From contig CAXBME010000012.1 in the NCBI GenBank assembly GCA_963976765.1, positions 1-64,000 on the forward strand: a stretch of DNA of 64,000 bases. Reading direction: 5' to 3'. Position numbers and translations under genes: made by a program. The notes beneath the pieces are model-generated. The model had not been told where the DNA came from, made no database searches, and saw only the letters and a program-made list of their open reading frames with translations. The number at the start of each line of letters is the position of its first letter. The first letter of the stretch is position 1. This document shows, piece after piece, positions 38,417 to 49,160 of this stretch. Source of the stretch: an uncultured Planctomycetaceae bacterium (lineage in GTDB: Bacteria; Planctomycetota; Planctomycetia; Planctomycetales; Planctomycetaceae).

Positions 38417-39739
38417 ATGATCACTCCTTTTCTGCAAGCATGGGCTGACCGTCGCGGAAATGTTCGTCGGCGAGACTTTATCAAACAGCTCAGTATTCCG
38501 GCGGCGGTGCTGGGAGCCAGCCAGCTCAGCTGGAGAGACATGCTGATCGCGCAGGCGACCGAGCTTCGTAAGAAGCAGAAGTCGATGATTCTGCTGTGGA
38601 TGGATGGTGGTCCCAGCCAGTTTGAGACATTTAATCCAAAACCAGATTCTGAGAATCAAGGTCCTGCAAAAACGATCTCGACGAAGCTGCCGGGAACTGC
38701 ATTCGCTGAATTCTGGCCGAAGGTTGCCAGCATCGCCGACCAGATCAGCTTTGTTCGATCCATGAAGACCGGTGAGGCCGACCATTTTCGCGCCATCAAA
38801 CTGGTTCGAACTGGCTACCCGATCAATCCGACAATCGCGTATCCAACCTGGGGATCAGTCGTCGCCCATGAACGATACGAAGCGTCGTTCGAACTGCCCG
38901 CCTTCGTTCGAATCGGCGATCCGCGGATCAAGACTCGCGATGTTAACTCAGGCGTGCTTGGGGCGAAGTACGACTCGTTCAAAATCAAACAGCCGGGCGA
39001 GCTTCCTGAAGACGTCCGGCTTCGTCTGGAATCTGATGTTCTGCAACGCCGACTTGGTTTGACTGACGCTCTTGATGCGGAGTTTGCTCGAATCGGTGCG
39101 AACGACGTTGTCAAAGAAAAACGAGACATCTACAACCGAACGTCGAGGTTCCTCACCAGTCCGAGGCTAAAGACGTTCGATCTGGCCGACGAGCCTGCTG
39201 CTCTGCGCGACGCTTATGGGCACACTCGATTCGGGCAAGGGTGCCTGCTGGCCAGGCGTCTGGTCGAAGAAGGCGTCAGCTTTGTCGAAGTCTTCAGCCA
39301 CGGAGACTCTTTCGACGCTGGATGGGACACCCACAAAGCCGGCTTCCGCGACACGCCTAATCTTTGCGGAGAAGCAGATCCTGGATTTGCAACGCTCGTC
39401 ACGGACCTCAAGGATCGAGGTATGCTCGACGATACGCTGGTTGTGTGGATGGGCGAGTTTGGCCGAACTCCCAAGCTGAAGAAAGATGGCGGTCGTGACC
39501 ACTACGCCAAAGGATGGATCACCGCCATGACCGGTGGTGGCATTCAGCCCGGTCGAGTTCTAGGAGCCACGGACAAAGACGGCATTGATGTCACGGAACG
39601 TCCGGTCGACATCCCGGAACTCTACACAACCTTCTGTCATGTTCTCGGCCTGGACCACGAACACGAATACGTCACACCGGAAGACCAGCCGCTGAAACTG
39701 GTCAACAAGGGTGGCAAAAAGATCGAAGAACTGTTCTGA
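38417..39739 (+). CDS. DUF1501 protein
   Basis: RRDF, LLWMDGGPSQFETF, CLLARRLVE.GV, WDTH, GEFGRTP, GRDH. Confidence 0.92.
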   Translation: MITPFLQAWADRRGNVRRRDFIKQLSIPAAVLGASQLSWRDMLIAQATELRKKQKSMILLWMDGGPSQFETFNPKPDSENQGPAKTISTKLPGTAFAEFWPKVASIADQISFVRSMKTGEADHFRAIKLVRTGYPINPTIAYPTWGSVVAHERYEASFELPAFVRIGDPRIKTRDVNSGVLGAKYDSFKIKQPGELPEDVRLRLESDVLQRRLGLTDALDAEFARIGANDVVKEKRDIYNRTSRFLTSPRLKTFDLADEPAALRDAYGHTRFGQGCLLARRLVEEGVSFVEVFSHGDSFDAGWDTHKAGFRDTPNLCGEADPGFATLVTDLKDRGMLDDTLVVWMGEFGRTPKLKKDGGRDHYAKGWITAMTGGGIQPGRVLGATDKDGIDVTERPVDIPELYTTFCHVLGLDHEHEYVTPEDQPLKLVNKGGKKIEELF

Positions 39740-39846
39740 CCAGAGCACCAGGCTGAAAGGGCACCGAGCATTGCCTGCCTGATGGGGGGATGTCTCGACG
39801 CTCCAGCTGAAATGGCACTCCAACGGTGCGTGGAGACGTACCCTGC

Positions 39847-39871
39847 GCAGCTGGCAAAGCCAGTGGCACAC
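39847..39871. repeat. Single REP-like unit (same family as 7181-7257)
   Basis: GCAGCTGGCAAAGCCAGTGGCACAC. Confidence 0.7.
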
Positions 39872-39954
39872 AGACCTGGCTGAGGTCATCATACGCTCGC
39901 CGTTTCTCGCGGCTTGTGAGGAATCGTCCACGCCCGCCTGTTGAAAGCACGAAG

Positions 39955-40314
39955 ATGCCGTTTATCGATGTCAACGATTACGAAGCTGTCGAACCAGTTC
40001 CTGGCTGCAGGATGCGGACACCGCATCTTGAGAAGCTGATGCTTTCGTACCTGGAAATGGACGAAGGGGCCGAGGTTCCGCTTCACAACCATCCGCACGA
40101 GCAAGGCGGCATGCTTATTTCAGGAAGGATGCAACTGACGATTGGCGATGAGACTCGAATCTGCGAACCAGGGTCGCTGTACCTGATCCCGGCTAATGTT
40201 CCCCACCGAGCTGTTGCGGTCGACGGCCCGGCTACAGTCCTGGACATTTTCAGTCCAATCCGCGAGGACTATGCAGAACTCGCAAACCGCTACATCCCAA
40301 AGGTTGATGAGTAG
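39955..40314 (+). CDS. Cupin domain protein
   Basis: VPLHNHPHEQ, IPANVPH, DIFSPIREDY. Start ATG 39955. Confidence 0.85.
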   Translation: MPFIDVNDYEAVEPVPGCRMRTPHLEKLMLSYLEMDEGAEVPLHNHPHEQGGMLISGRMQLTIGDETRICEPGSLYLIPANVPHRAVAVDGPATVLDIFSPIREDYAELANRYIPKVDE

Positions 40315-40437
40315 GGTCTGTCCAGTGAAACGCTGACGGACCAACTTGCTGATCCGATTGATGGCACACTGGCGATTCGCCTGGCGGTGCCCCGATAATT
40401 TCTGAGTTACAAAACCGACGACCTTGAGTGAGATTTC

Positions 40438-41775
40438 ATGCGAACGTTGATTCGAAATGCGACTTGTGTTCTACCAACCGGAACTCGTAAGGCCGACGTG
40501 CTGATTGAGGATTCAAAGATTCTTGGCATTGACCCTCCGACCGGAGCGGCGCACGACGAATCGATCGATGCCCAGGGGCTGCACCTTCTGCCAGGGATCA
40601 TCGACGACCATGTTCACTTCCGCGATCCAGGGCTGACTCACAAAGAGGATCTGCACACCGGCAGCCTCGCCTGCGCGGCCGGCGGCGTGACGACATTTCT
40701 GGAAATGCCAAACACGATTCCGCCGACGACCACTCAGGAAATTCTAAATGCGAAGCTGGACATCGCGGCTTCCAGAAGTATCGTTAATTACGGCTTTTAC
40801 ATCGCGGCTTCGACGGAGAATCTTGACGAGCTGAAGCAGGCAACCCGGACGCCAGGAATTAAGATTTTCATCGGGTCGAGTACGGGCAATCTGCTGGTCG
40901 ATGATCAGGACGCTCTGGAAGCGATCTTCGCTGAGACGACTTTACCGATCACCGCTCACTGCGAAGACGAAGCAACCGTTCGTGCCAATCAGGCTCGGAT
41001 CGCAACGGCAGGCTACACCGGACACAGCGACCATTCGAGGATCCGGAACCACGAAGCCGCAATGATTGCGACCGCTCGTGCCGTTGATCTGGCACGACGA
41101 CACAACCACCGGTTTCACGTCGTCCATGTTTCGACGGCGGGCGAGATCGATCTTTTCGCCGATCATGGTGGCCTGTTGACTGCCGAAGCGTGCCCGCATC
41201 ATCTGTTTTTCAACGTCGACGATTATGAGCGGCTGGGCTCGAAAGTTCAGATGAACCCGGCGATTAAGACGAAGGCGGACAACGAAGGATTGTTTGCGGC
41301 GTTGCTCGACGGACGAATCCAGGTTGTAGCGACGGACCACGCGCCGCACACTCTTGAGGAAAAGGATCAGCCGTATCCAAAGTCGCCTTCCGGGCTGCCG
41401 GCTGTCGAGAACTCACTGCCGCTGATGCTCGACCAGGTTCATCGTGGAAATTGCAGTCTTGAGCAGGTTGTTTCATGGATGTGTGACGCGCCGGCCCGTG
41501 TCTGGGACATCGTTGGTAAGGGGCGAATTCAGGAAGGCTATGACGCCGACCTGGTGCTCGTCGATCTGGCAAAGACAGCAGAGATTCGGAATGAGAATCA
41601 GAAAACAAAATGCGGCTGGAGTCCCTGGCACGGAACGAAGCTCACCGGCTGGCCGGTTCAGACGATCGTGATGGGCCGAACTGTCTTCGCTGACGGAAAG
41701 TTTGACACGACGCCTGGCGGAGCCGAGGTTCAGTTCGAACACGACCGGGGTGGTTTCTGGGCTACTCGTTCGTAG
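40438..41775 (+). CDS. pyrC: Dihydroorotase (multifunctional-complex type)
   Basis: [42 protein letters not shown]. Confidence 0.85.
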   Translation: MRTLIRNATCVLPTGTRKADVLIEDSKILGIDPPTGAAHDESIDAQGLHLLPGIIDDHVHFRDPGLTHKEDLHTGSLACAAGGVTTFLEMPNTIPPTTTQEILNAKLDIAASRSIVNYGFYIAASTENLDELKQATRTPGIKIFIGSSTGNLLVDDQDALEAIFAETTLPITAHCEDEATVRANQARIATAGYTGHSDHSRIRNHEAAMIATARAVDLARRHNHRFHVVHVSTAGEIDLFADHGGLLTAEACPHHLFFNVDDYERLGSKVQMNPAIKTKADNEGLFAALLDGRIQVVATDHAPHTLEEKDQPYPKSPSGLPAVENSLPLMLDQVHRGNCSLEQVVSWMCDAPARVWDIVGKGRIQEGYDADLVLVDLAKTAEIRNENQKTKCGWSPWHGTKLTGWPVQTIVMGRTVFADGKFDTTPGGAEVQFEHDRGGFWATRS

Positions 41776-41962
41776 GTCAGGCTCTGCTGACGTCCGAGGA
41801 GCGAGTCCGTCGTATTCTTTGTTTTTTCCAACAGCTGCGACCGGCGAAGCAATTTTTCAAGAATCTGTAGAATCAGCAAATAATTCTCTGACGCTGCGCG
41901 TCGTTGTTCCGAGTCCGCTTGCTGAGTTGGCTCATTACTCAACCTGACGAGTCTTTGCTGTT

Positions 41963-42499
41963 GTGCCAAATTCTGATGGTGAGGATCGGATTGACCCGGA
42001 TGCTGTTGCGGACCTGTACCGTCAACATGTGGGTGAGATGCGAGCTTTTCTGGCTGGGGTTTTAAGAGATCGAGAGTTGGCCGACGAAGTGCTGCAGTCG
42101 GTGTTTCGAAAGGCTCTCGAAAAAGGGCACACGGCGACTGAGAACATTCGAAGCTGGCTGTTCAAGGTCGCGTGGAACGAAGCGATGCTTGTTCGACGAG
42201 TTCAGACTCGCCGAACCAGCGGGTTGCAGAAGGCGGCTCGAAATCGCAGGGTTTCAGCCGAGGTTCCTGAAGAAAGCGAATCAGCGGCAGTTCGGCAGGA
42301 AACGGTCGAGCAGGTGAGGCGAGCCATTTATCTACTGCCGCTCGAACAGCAGGTCATTGTCCGGATGCGGATTTACGAGGAAAAGAAGTTCGCGGTCATC
42401 GCCGAAGAGCTGGGAGTTCCACTGGGAACCGTACTGAGTCGGATGCGGGCAGCGATGATGAAACTGGAAAAGACGCTCGATCAAAGCTTTGGCGAGTGA
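41963..42499 (+). CDS. ECF RNA polymerase sigma factor
   Basis: Region 2 ADEVLQSVF..SWLFKVAWN and region 4 IAEELGVPLGTVLSRMRAA. Confidence 0.9.
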   Translation: MPNSDGEDRIDPDAVADLYRQHVGEMRAFLAGVLRDRELADEVLQSVFRKALEKGHTATENIRSWLFKVAWNEAMLVRRVQTRRTSGLQKAARNRRVSAEVPEESESAAVRQETVEQVRRAIYLLPLEQQVIVRMRIYEEKKFAVIAEELGVPLGTVLSRMRAAMMKLEKTLDQSFGE

Positions 42500-42548
42500 A
42501 TTCATAGTGATGCCGATGTTTAATCCCTGGCATCGTCGGAAACGAATC

Positions 42549-43142
42549 ATGTCAGAAGTGGCAAGACAATCAGAATCGAATGGTGAACCGTTGAGCTGGC
42601 TGGCGTTCCGCTATGTTTCAAACGAAATGACGGATACGGAAGTTGCCGAATTTGAGGCTCGCCTGGATTACGACTCGCCTGAATTTGACCTGGCAGCCTG
42701 TGACGCAGTGGTTCGAGTAGTTCAGCTCAGCGACGCGATTGTTCTGGCCAATGAGTCGGCAGTTCCGTGTGTCACATCGCCTTCCTCGCTTAGTGGAACG
42801 GTCCGTCGTGATGTGGTCGCTCGTCGAATCAGCCTGCTGGTGGCATCGATTACCGTGCTGGTCGTCGGCTGGACATTAACGCTGCCGATTTCGTCGCTAC
42901 ATTTGGAAGTAGTTGACTCCCCTGCTCTGCTGGAAGCTGAGCAGTCACTCGATGTGTCCTGTAAGCTGGTTCAAATCTGGGCAAGTCCCGACGACGAACT
43001 TGTCTTACCGGCTGAAGAGGCGCATCTGCTTCCCGTTGATGATCTGCCGGAGCACTTCAGAACGGATGTGCCGGATTGGTTATTGGCGGCTGTTCAATCT
43101 CGGGACGCTTCTTTGACCAGTTCTGAAGTGATGGAGAACTGA
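42549..43142 (+). CDS. Putative anti-sigma factor (single TM)
   Basis: LAFRYVSNEM...AEFEARL anti-sigma-like N-terminus and one TM. Directly after the ECF sigma. Confidence 0.6.
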   Translation: MSEVARQSESNGEPLSWLAFRYVSNEMTDTEVAEFEARLDYDSPEFDLAACDAVVRVVQLSDAIVLANESAVPCVTSPSSLSGTVRRDVVARRISLLVASITVLVVGWTLTLPISSLHLEVVDSPALLEAEQSLDVSCKLVQIWASPDDELVLPAEEAHLLPVDDLPEHFRTDVPDWLLAAVQSRDASLTSSEVMEN

Positions 43143-43143
43143 C

Positions 43144-43947
43144 GTGAAGAAGCGTTCTCAGAAAGCACTTCATTTCCTGATCGCCGGCGCTGCCATTGCT
43201 GGTTTTCTTTCTGTGACGACATTCGCCGAGCCACCTCGGACCGGGACAACACGGTCGGCGAAGAAGGCGGTCGATCGGAAAGCCGCATCTTCCACGTCAA
43301 CTCAGAAACCGGAAAATCGTTTCAGGTCTGGTGCTCCTCAAAACGGCAGCGGTACTGAAAAGCGCGAGGCTCCGATCAGCAAAGATCAAGAGGACGCAGC
43401 AGTGCGGTTCGCACGCGGTCATCATCCGGAACTGGCGGAACTTCTTGAAGGGCTGCGGGAAACCGACCCGCGTAATTTCCAGGCCGGGTTACGAGTCTTA
43501 ACGAGAGATGTTGAGCGGCTCGAAAAGATGCTTGAGCGAGAAGACGAGCGTTATCCTGTTTCGTTGGAGCTATGGAAACTCGATTCACGAATTCGGTTAG
43601 AGATTGCTCGAATGTCAATGTCGCCTGACGAAGACTTCGAGCCGCGACTTCGACCTCTGATGGAAGACAGGCAGACCGCGAGAATTCGACTGATTCAGAT
43701 CGAAAGACTCAGAACGGCTGAGCGGCTTGCGAAATACGACGAACAATTGAAGACCCTCCAGTCCCCATCCAGTGATCTGGTTGGTTCCGAGATTGAACGG
43801 TTGAAGAAAGTCGTCACGGCGCAAGCCAGAACAAAGGTAGCTCGACCGCAAACGCCTAAGGAGTCGACTTCGGCAACCGCTAAACGAAAGCCTTCAAATG
43901 AAAAGTCTTCTCGTTCTGCCGATTTATCCGCCACTTCGTCAGACTGA
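43144..43947 (+). CDS. Secreted helical hypothetical protein
   Basis: Signal peptide, HHPELAELL, coiled coil. Starts 1 bp after the preceding stop. Confidence 0.7.
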   Translation: MKKRSQKALHFLIAGAAIAGFLSVTTFAEPPRTGTTRSAKKAVDRKAASSTSTQKPENRFRSGAPQNGSGTEKREAPISKDQEDAAVRFARGHHPELAELLEGLRETDPRNFQAGLRVLTRDVERLEKMLEREDERYPVSLELWKLDSRIRLEIARMSMSPDEDFEPRLRPLMEDRQTARIRLIQIERLRTAERLAKYDEQLKTLQSPSSDLVGSEIERLKKVVTAQARTKVARPQTPKESTSATAKRKPSNEKSSRSADLSATSSD

Positions 43948-44048
43948 TATCCATCGGCCTGTCGCCCTGCCTCCAGCAACGGTTTCGAATTGAAACGCGA
44001 AATTGTCCCTGCCTGATAGTTTTAAGCTTTAACGAATTGAGGAGCGCT

Positions 44049-46751
44049 ATGAAGAGCTACTTCGGACTATCGCTGCTGATCTTTGCAGCCTCTGCCGGAA
44101 ACGGCGTCGCCGATGACATTTCGAAGCTGCTGCCACCAGCTGTCGAGCGATTCAATTCTGGTGATGTTGAGGAAGTTCCCAACTTCCGACGCCACATGGT
44201 GCCATTGCTTGGAAAGCTTGGCTGTAACAGCCGCGCGTGCCACGGTTCGTTCCAGGGCCAGGGTGACTTCCGTCTGTCGTTGTTTGGTTACGACTTTAAG
44301 ATGGATCACGAAGGACTGTCCGAACGAGTCGACACCGACGCTCCTGCCGACAGCTACGCCGTTCAGAAAGCACTGCTCGAAGAGCCGCACAAAGGCGGCA
44401 AACGCTTCGACAAAAACTCGTGGGAGTACAATCTTTTTGTGCGATGGATCGCCGGTGGTGCGAAGTCGATCGACGTTGAAACAACACCTCGGTTCGAACG
44501 TCTCGAAGTCACGCCGGACGAACTTCGATTCAGGAAAGACGGCGAGAAAATTCAGCTCAAAGTTGTTGCCATCTGGTCCGACGGAAGTCGTGAAGACGTC
44601 ACCTGTCTGAGCCGTTTCCAGACGAACGACGAAGTCATCGCGGACATCTCCGATACGGGAGAAGTCGCCAGTCACCAAGCTGGCGACACTCACGTCGTGG
44701 TATTTTACGACAACGGCGTGCAGCCAGTTCCAGTCATTCGTCCGGTCAGCTCAAAGTCTGGCGAGAACTACCCGCTTGTCGAAACGAATACCAGAGTCGA
44801 CGAACTTGTTGTCGAGAAGCTTGCCAAGCTGGGGATCGTGCCTTCAGCCGTGTCCAGTGACACCGAATTTCTGCGACGAGTCTCGCTGGATATGACTGGT
44901 ACATTGCCCAGCCCGACGGAAATCCAGGCATTCGTTGCTGACAAGAGGCAGAACAAGCGGGCACTGAAAGTTGATGAGCTGCTTTCGCAACCCAGCTACG
45001 CGGCCTGGTGGGCGACACGCTTTGCTGACTGGACCGGCAACAGCGACGACCAGTTAAACAACGTCACCCCTGTTCGAACTCAAGCGTCGAAGGACTGGTA
45101 TGAGTGGTTGCGGGTTCGTCTCGAAAACAACACTCCTTACGACAAAATCGCCGAAGGATTCGTTCTGGCGAAGAGTCGTGAGGATGGAGAGTCTTTTCTT
45201 GAGTACTGCGAAAATATGAGTTCGCTTTACAGGAAGAATCCGGAAGGCACTTACTCAGACCGTTCGACGATGCCCCACTACTGGGCTCGAGCTAACTTCA
45301 GAACGCCGGAAGATCGAGCCATCGGATTTGCCTACAACTTCCTTGGTATCCGTATTCAATGTGCTCAGTGCCACAAACATCCGTTTGACCAATGGACGAT
45401 GCAGGATTTTCACGAGTTCAAGAACTTCTTCGTCAATACCCGGTTCGGCGGTAGTCCGGATTATCGTGAAGGTGCAGAAAAGATTCTCAAAGACCTTGGC
45501 GTCGATCCTAAGTTGAAAGGCAACAACCTGCGTCGCGAACTCCGAACTCAGATCGCTGATGGAGTATTGACGCCATTCGATGAAGTCTGGACGGCGAAAC
45601 CGGAAGCTCCAAAGAAAGACAGGAGAGGCAAGGTTGTCCAATCGCGAAACCGCGCTGTTCAACAAGCGAAGCTGCTTGGAGATGCCGAACAGACCGACCT
45701 TACTCAGTACGACGACCCACGACAGCCGCTGATGGATTGGATGCGAAATGACGAAAAGCAGCTATTTGCCAGGTCAATCGTCAATCGAATCTGGTCAAGC
45801 TATTTCAATATCGGAATCGTCGAGCCACCGGACGATCTTTCGATGGCCAACCCGCCGAGCAACGCCGCGTTGCTCGATTATCTGGCCGAAGGTTTTGTCG
45901 CCAGCGGCTACGATCTGAAATGGGTTCACCGGCAGATCGCCAACAGTGCGACTTACCAGCGAACCTGGGCGCCGAACGAAACGAATCGTCTCGACGAGCG
46001 AAATTTCAGCCACTCGATCCCTCGTCGGGTTCCAGCAGAAGTTGTCATGGACGCGTTGATTGCCGCGACCTCTTCGGATGACGAGTTCTCGAAACTTCAT
46101 CAGGACGTTCTGGACCGGAACATTGCGGAAGTTTCGGCTGGCGCACGCTACAACGAAAACGCGCAAAACTACGCACTGTCCGTCTTCGGTCGATCCATTC
46201 GGGAATCGAATTGTGACTGTGACCGCTCTCAGGAGCCAAGCCTTCTGCAGACCGTTTTCCTGCAGAACGATTCGGAAATCTACAACCTGATGGACCGTGG
46301 ACGTGGCGGCTGGCTCAACCAGGTCGCTTCCGATCTCGGCCTGCGTCAGACGAAAGTTGCGCAGGGCCGTGGAAATTCGACAGCCAGACAGATCGCGTCG
46401 TTGCAGGCTCAAATGAAGCGAGCCAAAGATGCTCTCAAAGTGGCCAGGAAGTCTAAGAATGAAAAGACGATTGCTCAGGCTCAGCGTCGGCTGGATGGAG
46501 TTCAGAGTCAGCTTGAGAAGATCAGCCCGAAAGATACGAGCGATTCTTCAGGAATCGTTCAAAAGGCCGATCCTGAAAAATTGCAGGAAGCAGTCAAAGA
46601 AACTTACCTGCGAACACTCAGTCGAGAACCCGAGAAAGACGAACTGGACAAAGCACTTGCCTATGTTGAATCGTCCGACGATCACCTCAACGGCGTTCGG
46701 GATCTGTTATGGGCTTTGCTCAACACAAAAGAGTTCATCGTCAATCACTGA
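44049..46751 (+). CDS. DUF1549/DUF1553 protein with Ig-like domain
   Basis: LGCNSRACHGS, FLRRVSLDMTGTLP, CAQCHKHPF, NPPSN, DLLWALLNTKEF. GAGGAG RBS before ATG 44049. Confidence 0.92.
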   Translation: MKSYFGLSLLIFAASAGNGVADDISKLLPPAVERFNSGDVEEVPNFRRHMVPLLGKLGCNSRACHGSFQGQGDFRLSLFGYDFKMDHEGLSERVDTDAPADSYAVQKALLEEPHKGGKRFDKNSWEYNLFVRWIAGGAKSIDVETTPRFERLEVTPDELRFRKDGEKIQLKVVAIWSDGSREDVTCLSRFQTNDEVIADISDTGEVASHQAGDTHVVVFYDNGVQPVPVIRPVSSKSGENYPLVETNTRVDELVVEKLAKLGIVPSAVSSDTEFLRRVSLDMTGTLPSPTEIQAFVADKRQNKRALKVDELLSQPSYAAWWATRFADWTGNSDDQLNNVTPVRTQASKDWYEWLRVRLENNTPYDKIAEGFVLAKSREDGESFLEYCENMSSLYRKNPEGTYSDRSTMPHYWARANFRTPEDRAIGFAYNFLGIRIQCAQCHKHPFDQWTMQDFHEFKNFFVNTRFGGSPDYREGAEKILKDLGVDPKLKGNNLRRELRTQIADGVLTPFDEVWTAKPEAPKKDRRGKVVQSRNRAVQQAKLLGDAEQTDLTQYDDPRQPLMDWMRNDEKQLFARSIVNRIWSSYFNIGIVEPPDDLSMANPPSNAALLDYLAEGFVASGYDLKWVHRQIANSATYQRTWAPNETNRLDERNFSHSIPRRVPAEVVMDALIAATSSDDEFSKLHQDVLDRNIAEVSAGARYNENAQNYALSVFGRSIRESNCDCDRSQEPSLLQTVFLQNDSEIYNLMDRGRGGWLNQVASDLGLRQTKVAQGRGNSTARQIASLQAQMKRAKDALKVARKSKNEKTIAQAQRRLDGVQSQLEKISPKDTSDSSGIVQKADPEKLQEAVKETYLRTLSREPEKDELDKALAYVESSDDHLNGVRDLLWALLNTKEFIVNH

Positions 46752-46865
46752 TATTCAGCGGCTACCCACGACTCGCTGACTCGACATTCCTGGTCAGTGA
46801 GTGGCGTTTGAAATTTCAAACCAAAGACATACCCGCCCACCGGGCACTCCCGAAAGGACTTTCCC

Positions 46866-48167
46866 ATGACGCTTCATTCAAACTGCGAAGGTGCGACGCG
46901 ACGTGATTTTCTCAAGGTTGGAGCCATCGGCGCCACCGGCCTGACGATGTCCAGTTATCTGCGAATGGTCGAAGCTGGCCAGGTCAAGGAAGGGAAAGCG
47001 AAGGCCGCGATCTTCGTCAATTTGAACGGTGGCCCATCTCACATGGACACGTTCGATTTAAAGCCGGATGCTCCGGACACGCATCGTGGTGAGTTCAACC
47101 CGATCGACACCAACGTGCCGGGTATTCAAATCTCTGAGCATCTGCCGAAGCTGGCAAAGTGCCAGAACCTGTTCACGATTCTCCGCGGCGTGAGTCACAC
47201 GCTGGGGGCACATCGGTTGGGTACTGAGTACGTCAACTCGGGAAACCGACCGTTGCCTTCACTGGAGTATCCTGGTTACGGAGCAGTGATCAGCAAAGAA
47301 CTGAATGCTCCTCAGGATATCCCCGCGTTCGTCGCGATTCCCAAGAGTGCTCAGAAACCCGGATTCCTGGGGGTTCGGTATGCTGCTTTGAATACTGGGT
47401 CAACGCCGCAATTCGGACAGCCATACAGCGTCCGCGGAATCAAGCTAGGCAGCGGCGTGACGATTTCAGAAGTCGAAAAGCGACAAAACCTGCTGCGCGA
47501 CCTCGATACCACTTTCCGAAACGTCGAGAAGGATAATCAGCTTCTCGATGGTCTGGATCGATTTTCGCAACAGGCTTACTACATGATCACGTCGAAGGCC
47601 TCTCGCGAAGCGTTCGACATCAGCCGCGAGCCGAAAGAATCTGCCAGCCTCTTTGGCGAAGACGGATTCGATCAAAGCTGCCTGCTGGCAACTCGTCTTG
47701 TCGAGGCAGGGACTCGCTTTGTCACCATTGAGCTTGGTGGCTGGGATACCCATCGTGATGGCTGGAACGCGCTCAAGGATCGCAAGTTGCCGGTTCTCGA
47801 CAGTGGCCTGGCAGGATTGTTCCAGTCGCTTGAGCTGAAAGGTTTGCTCGACACCACGACGGTTTTCGTGACGGGTGAATTTGGTCGTACACCAAAAATC
47901 AACACCGAAAGAGTTGGTCGAGACCACTATCCTCGCTGCATGTTCATGTTGATGGCCGGTGGCGGCGTGAAAGGTGGACAGGTTATTGGTGAATCCAACG
48001 CCCTGGCCACGCTGCCGAAAGACGAAGTTGGTTTCTCACCAGACGATGTCGCGGCCTCGCTGTACCACACGCTCGGAATTGATCATCACACCGAGTACGA
48101 CACCAACACCGGACGTCCGATCATGGTTGTTCGCGATGGAAAAGTAATCACCGAGCTGTTCAGCTAA
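46866..48167 (+). CDS. DUF1501 protein
   Basis: RRDFLKVG, GGPSHMDTFDLKP, GGWDTH, GEFGRTPKIN, GRDHYP. Confidence 0.93.
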   Translation: MTLHSNCEGATRRDFLKVGAIGATGLTMSSYLRMVEAGQVKEGKAKAAIFVNLNGGPSHMDTFDLKPDAPDTHRGEFNPIDTNVPGIQISEHLPKLAKCQNLFTILRGVSHTLGAHRLGTEYVNSGNRPLPSLEYPGYGAVISKELNAPQDIPAFVAIPKSAQKPGFLGVRYAALNTGSTPQFGQPYSVRGIKLGSGVTISEVEKRQNLLRDLDTTFRNVEKDNQLLDGLDRFSQQAYYMITSKASREAFDISREPKESASLFGEDGFDQSCLLATRLVEAGTRFVTIELGGWDTHRDGWNALKDRKLPVLDSGLAGLFQSLELKGLLDTTTVFVTGEFGRTPKINTERVGRDHYPRCMFMLMAGGGVKGGQVIGESNALATLPKDEVGFSPDDVAASLYHTLGIDHHTEYDTNTGRPIMVVRDGKVITELFS

Positions 48168-48177
48168 TCGGAGTTTC

Positions 48178-48219
48178 AACATCCCGGATGTCACACTGCT
48201 GATTTCCGGGATGTTTTTC
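48178..48219 (+). terminator. Intrinsic terminator-like hairpin
   Basis: AACATCCCGGA...TCCGGGATGTT followed by Ts, 10 bp after the DUF1501 stop. Confidence 0.6.
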
Positions 48220-48457
48220 TCTGCTGACAAAGTTTGTTGCGAAACTCACGTTATGTACGCCGGTTAGATTCACAGTGAGTAAGACAACTTGATCTCTCGA
48301 TCCCGCTGGATCGAGAACGCAGTATCAGAAGGCAATCTCACTTGTATCGATAAGTTCTGGTTGCGAACTCCGTTGAAGTCTTACAGGCCGAAGACAATTC
48401 TCGGCTTATCACTTTTCTTAAGTATCTTGCCTGGAAACAGGCGAAGGAGATGTCGCG

Positions 48458-49081
48458 ATGAAGGCACTGAAAGTTGTATTGATGCTGGCGTTGACTCTGG
48501 TTCTGGCTACTGGTGCTTCTGCTGAAGACGCCAGGAAGGGTGAAAAGGGTAAAGCTGCAGCTGCTAAAAAGGGTGACGCAGCAAAGAAGAAAGGTGAGCG
48601 CAAAGCTCCAGGTGTTACCGCAAGATTCACCAGAGAACTTGATCTGTCTGCTGAGCAGAAGGAAAAGGTTGCAGCAATCGACAAAGAATTTGCTGCCAAA
48701 GCGGCTGAAATCAACAAGGCTTCGGAAGCTGTCCTGACCAAGGAACAGATCGAAGCTCGCAATGCTGTTATGAAGGCAGCTCGCGAGTCCAAGGACAAAA
48801 GTCCTGAAGCTCGTAGGGCTGCTTTGAAATCAGTCCAGGACGCAACAAAATTGACAGACGACCAGAAAGCAAAGATGGCCGAAGTCAACAAGTCGCGTCA
48901 GGAGCTGGCTGGAAAAGTCCTGGCCGCTCTGAAGAAGGTTCTGACGGAAGAGCAGATCAAGAGCCTTCCAGCCGCTGGACGTGGCGAAGGCGCAAAAGGC
49001 AAACGGCCTGAAGGTGCCAAGAAGCCAGCTGGCGACAGGAAGAAAAAAGGCGAAGCGGTCAAAAAGGACGCTGCTGAATAA
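48458..49081 (+). CDS. Secreted Lys/Ala-rich protein, Spy/CpxP-like repeats
   Basis: Signal peptide, repeated LSAEQ / LTKEQ / LTDDQ / LTEEQ (LTxxQ) motifs, AAGGAG RBS. Confidence 0.75.
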   Translation: MKALKVVLMLALTLVLATGASAEDARKGEKGKAAAAKKGDAAKKKGERKAPGVTARFTRELDLSAEQKEKVAAIDKEFAAKAAEINKASEAVLTKEQIEARNAVMKAARESKDKSPEARRAALKSVQDATKLTDDQKAKMAEVNKSRQELAGKVLAALKKVLTEEQIKSLPAAGRGEGAKGKRPEGAKKPAGDRKKKGEAVKKDAAE

Positions 49082-49118
49082 TCTGTCGAAGCTCTCGACT
49101 GAATGAGTCAAGCTGAAT

Positions 49119-49160
49119 AACGGGGCCTGAGATCGTACGATCTCAGGCCCCGTTTTTTTT
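49119..49160 (+). terminator. Strong intrinsic terminator (perfect 36-bp palindrome)
   Basis: AACGGGGCCTGAGATCGT-ACGATCTCAGGCCCCGTT continuing into a T-run. Confidence 0.85.

Noticed and set aside
39745..39825. Two similar CTGAAA(G/T)GGCAC segments after DUF1501
   Set aside because: Only two short degenerate copies, too weak to call as a repeat.
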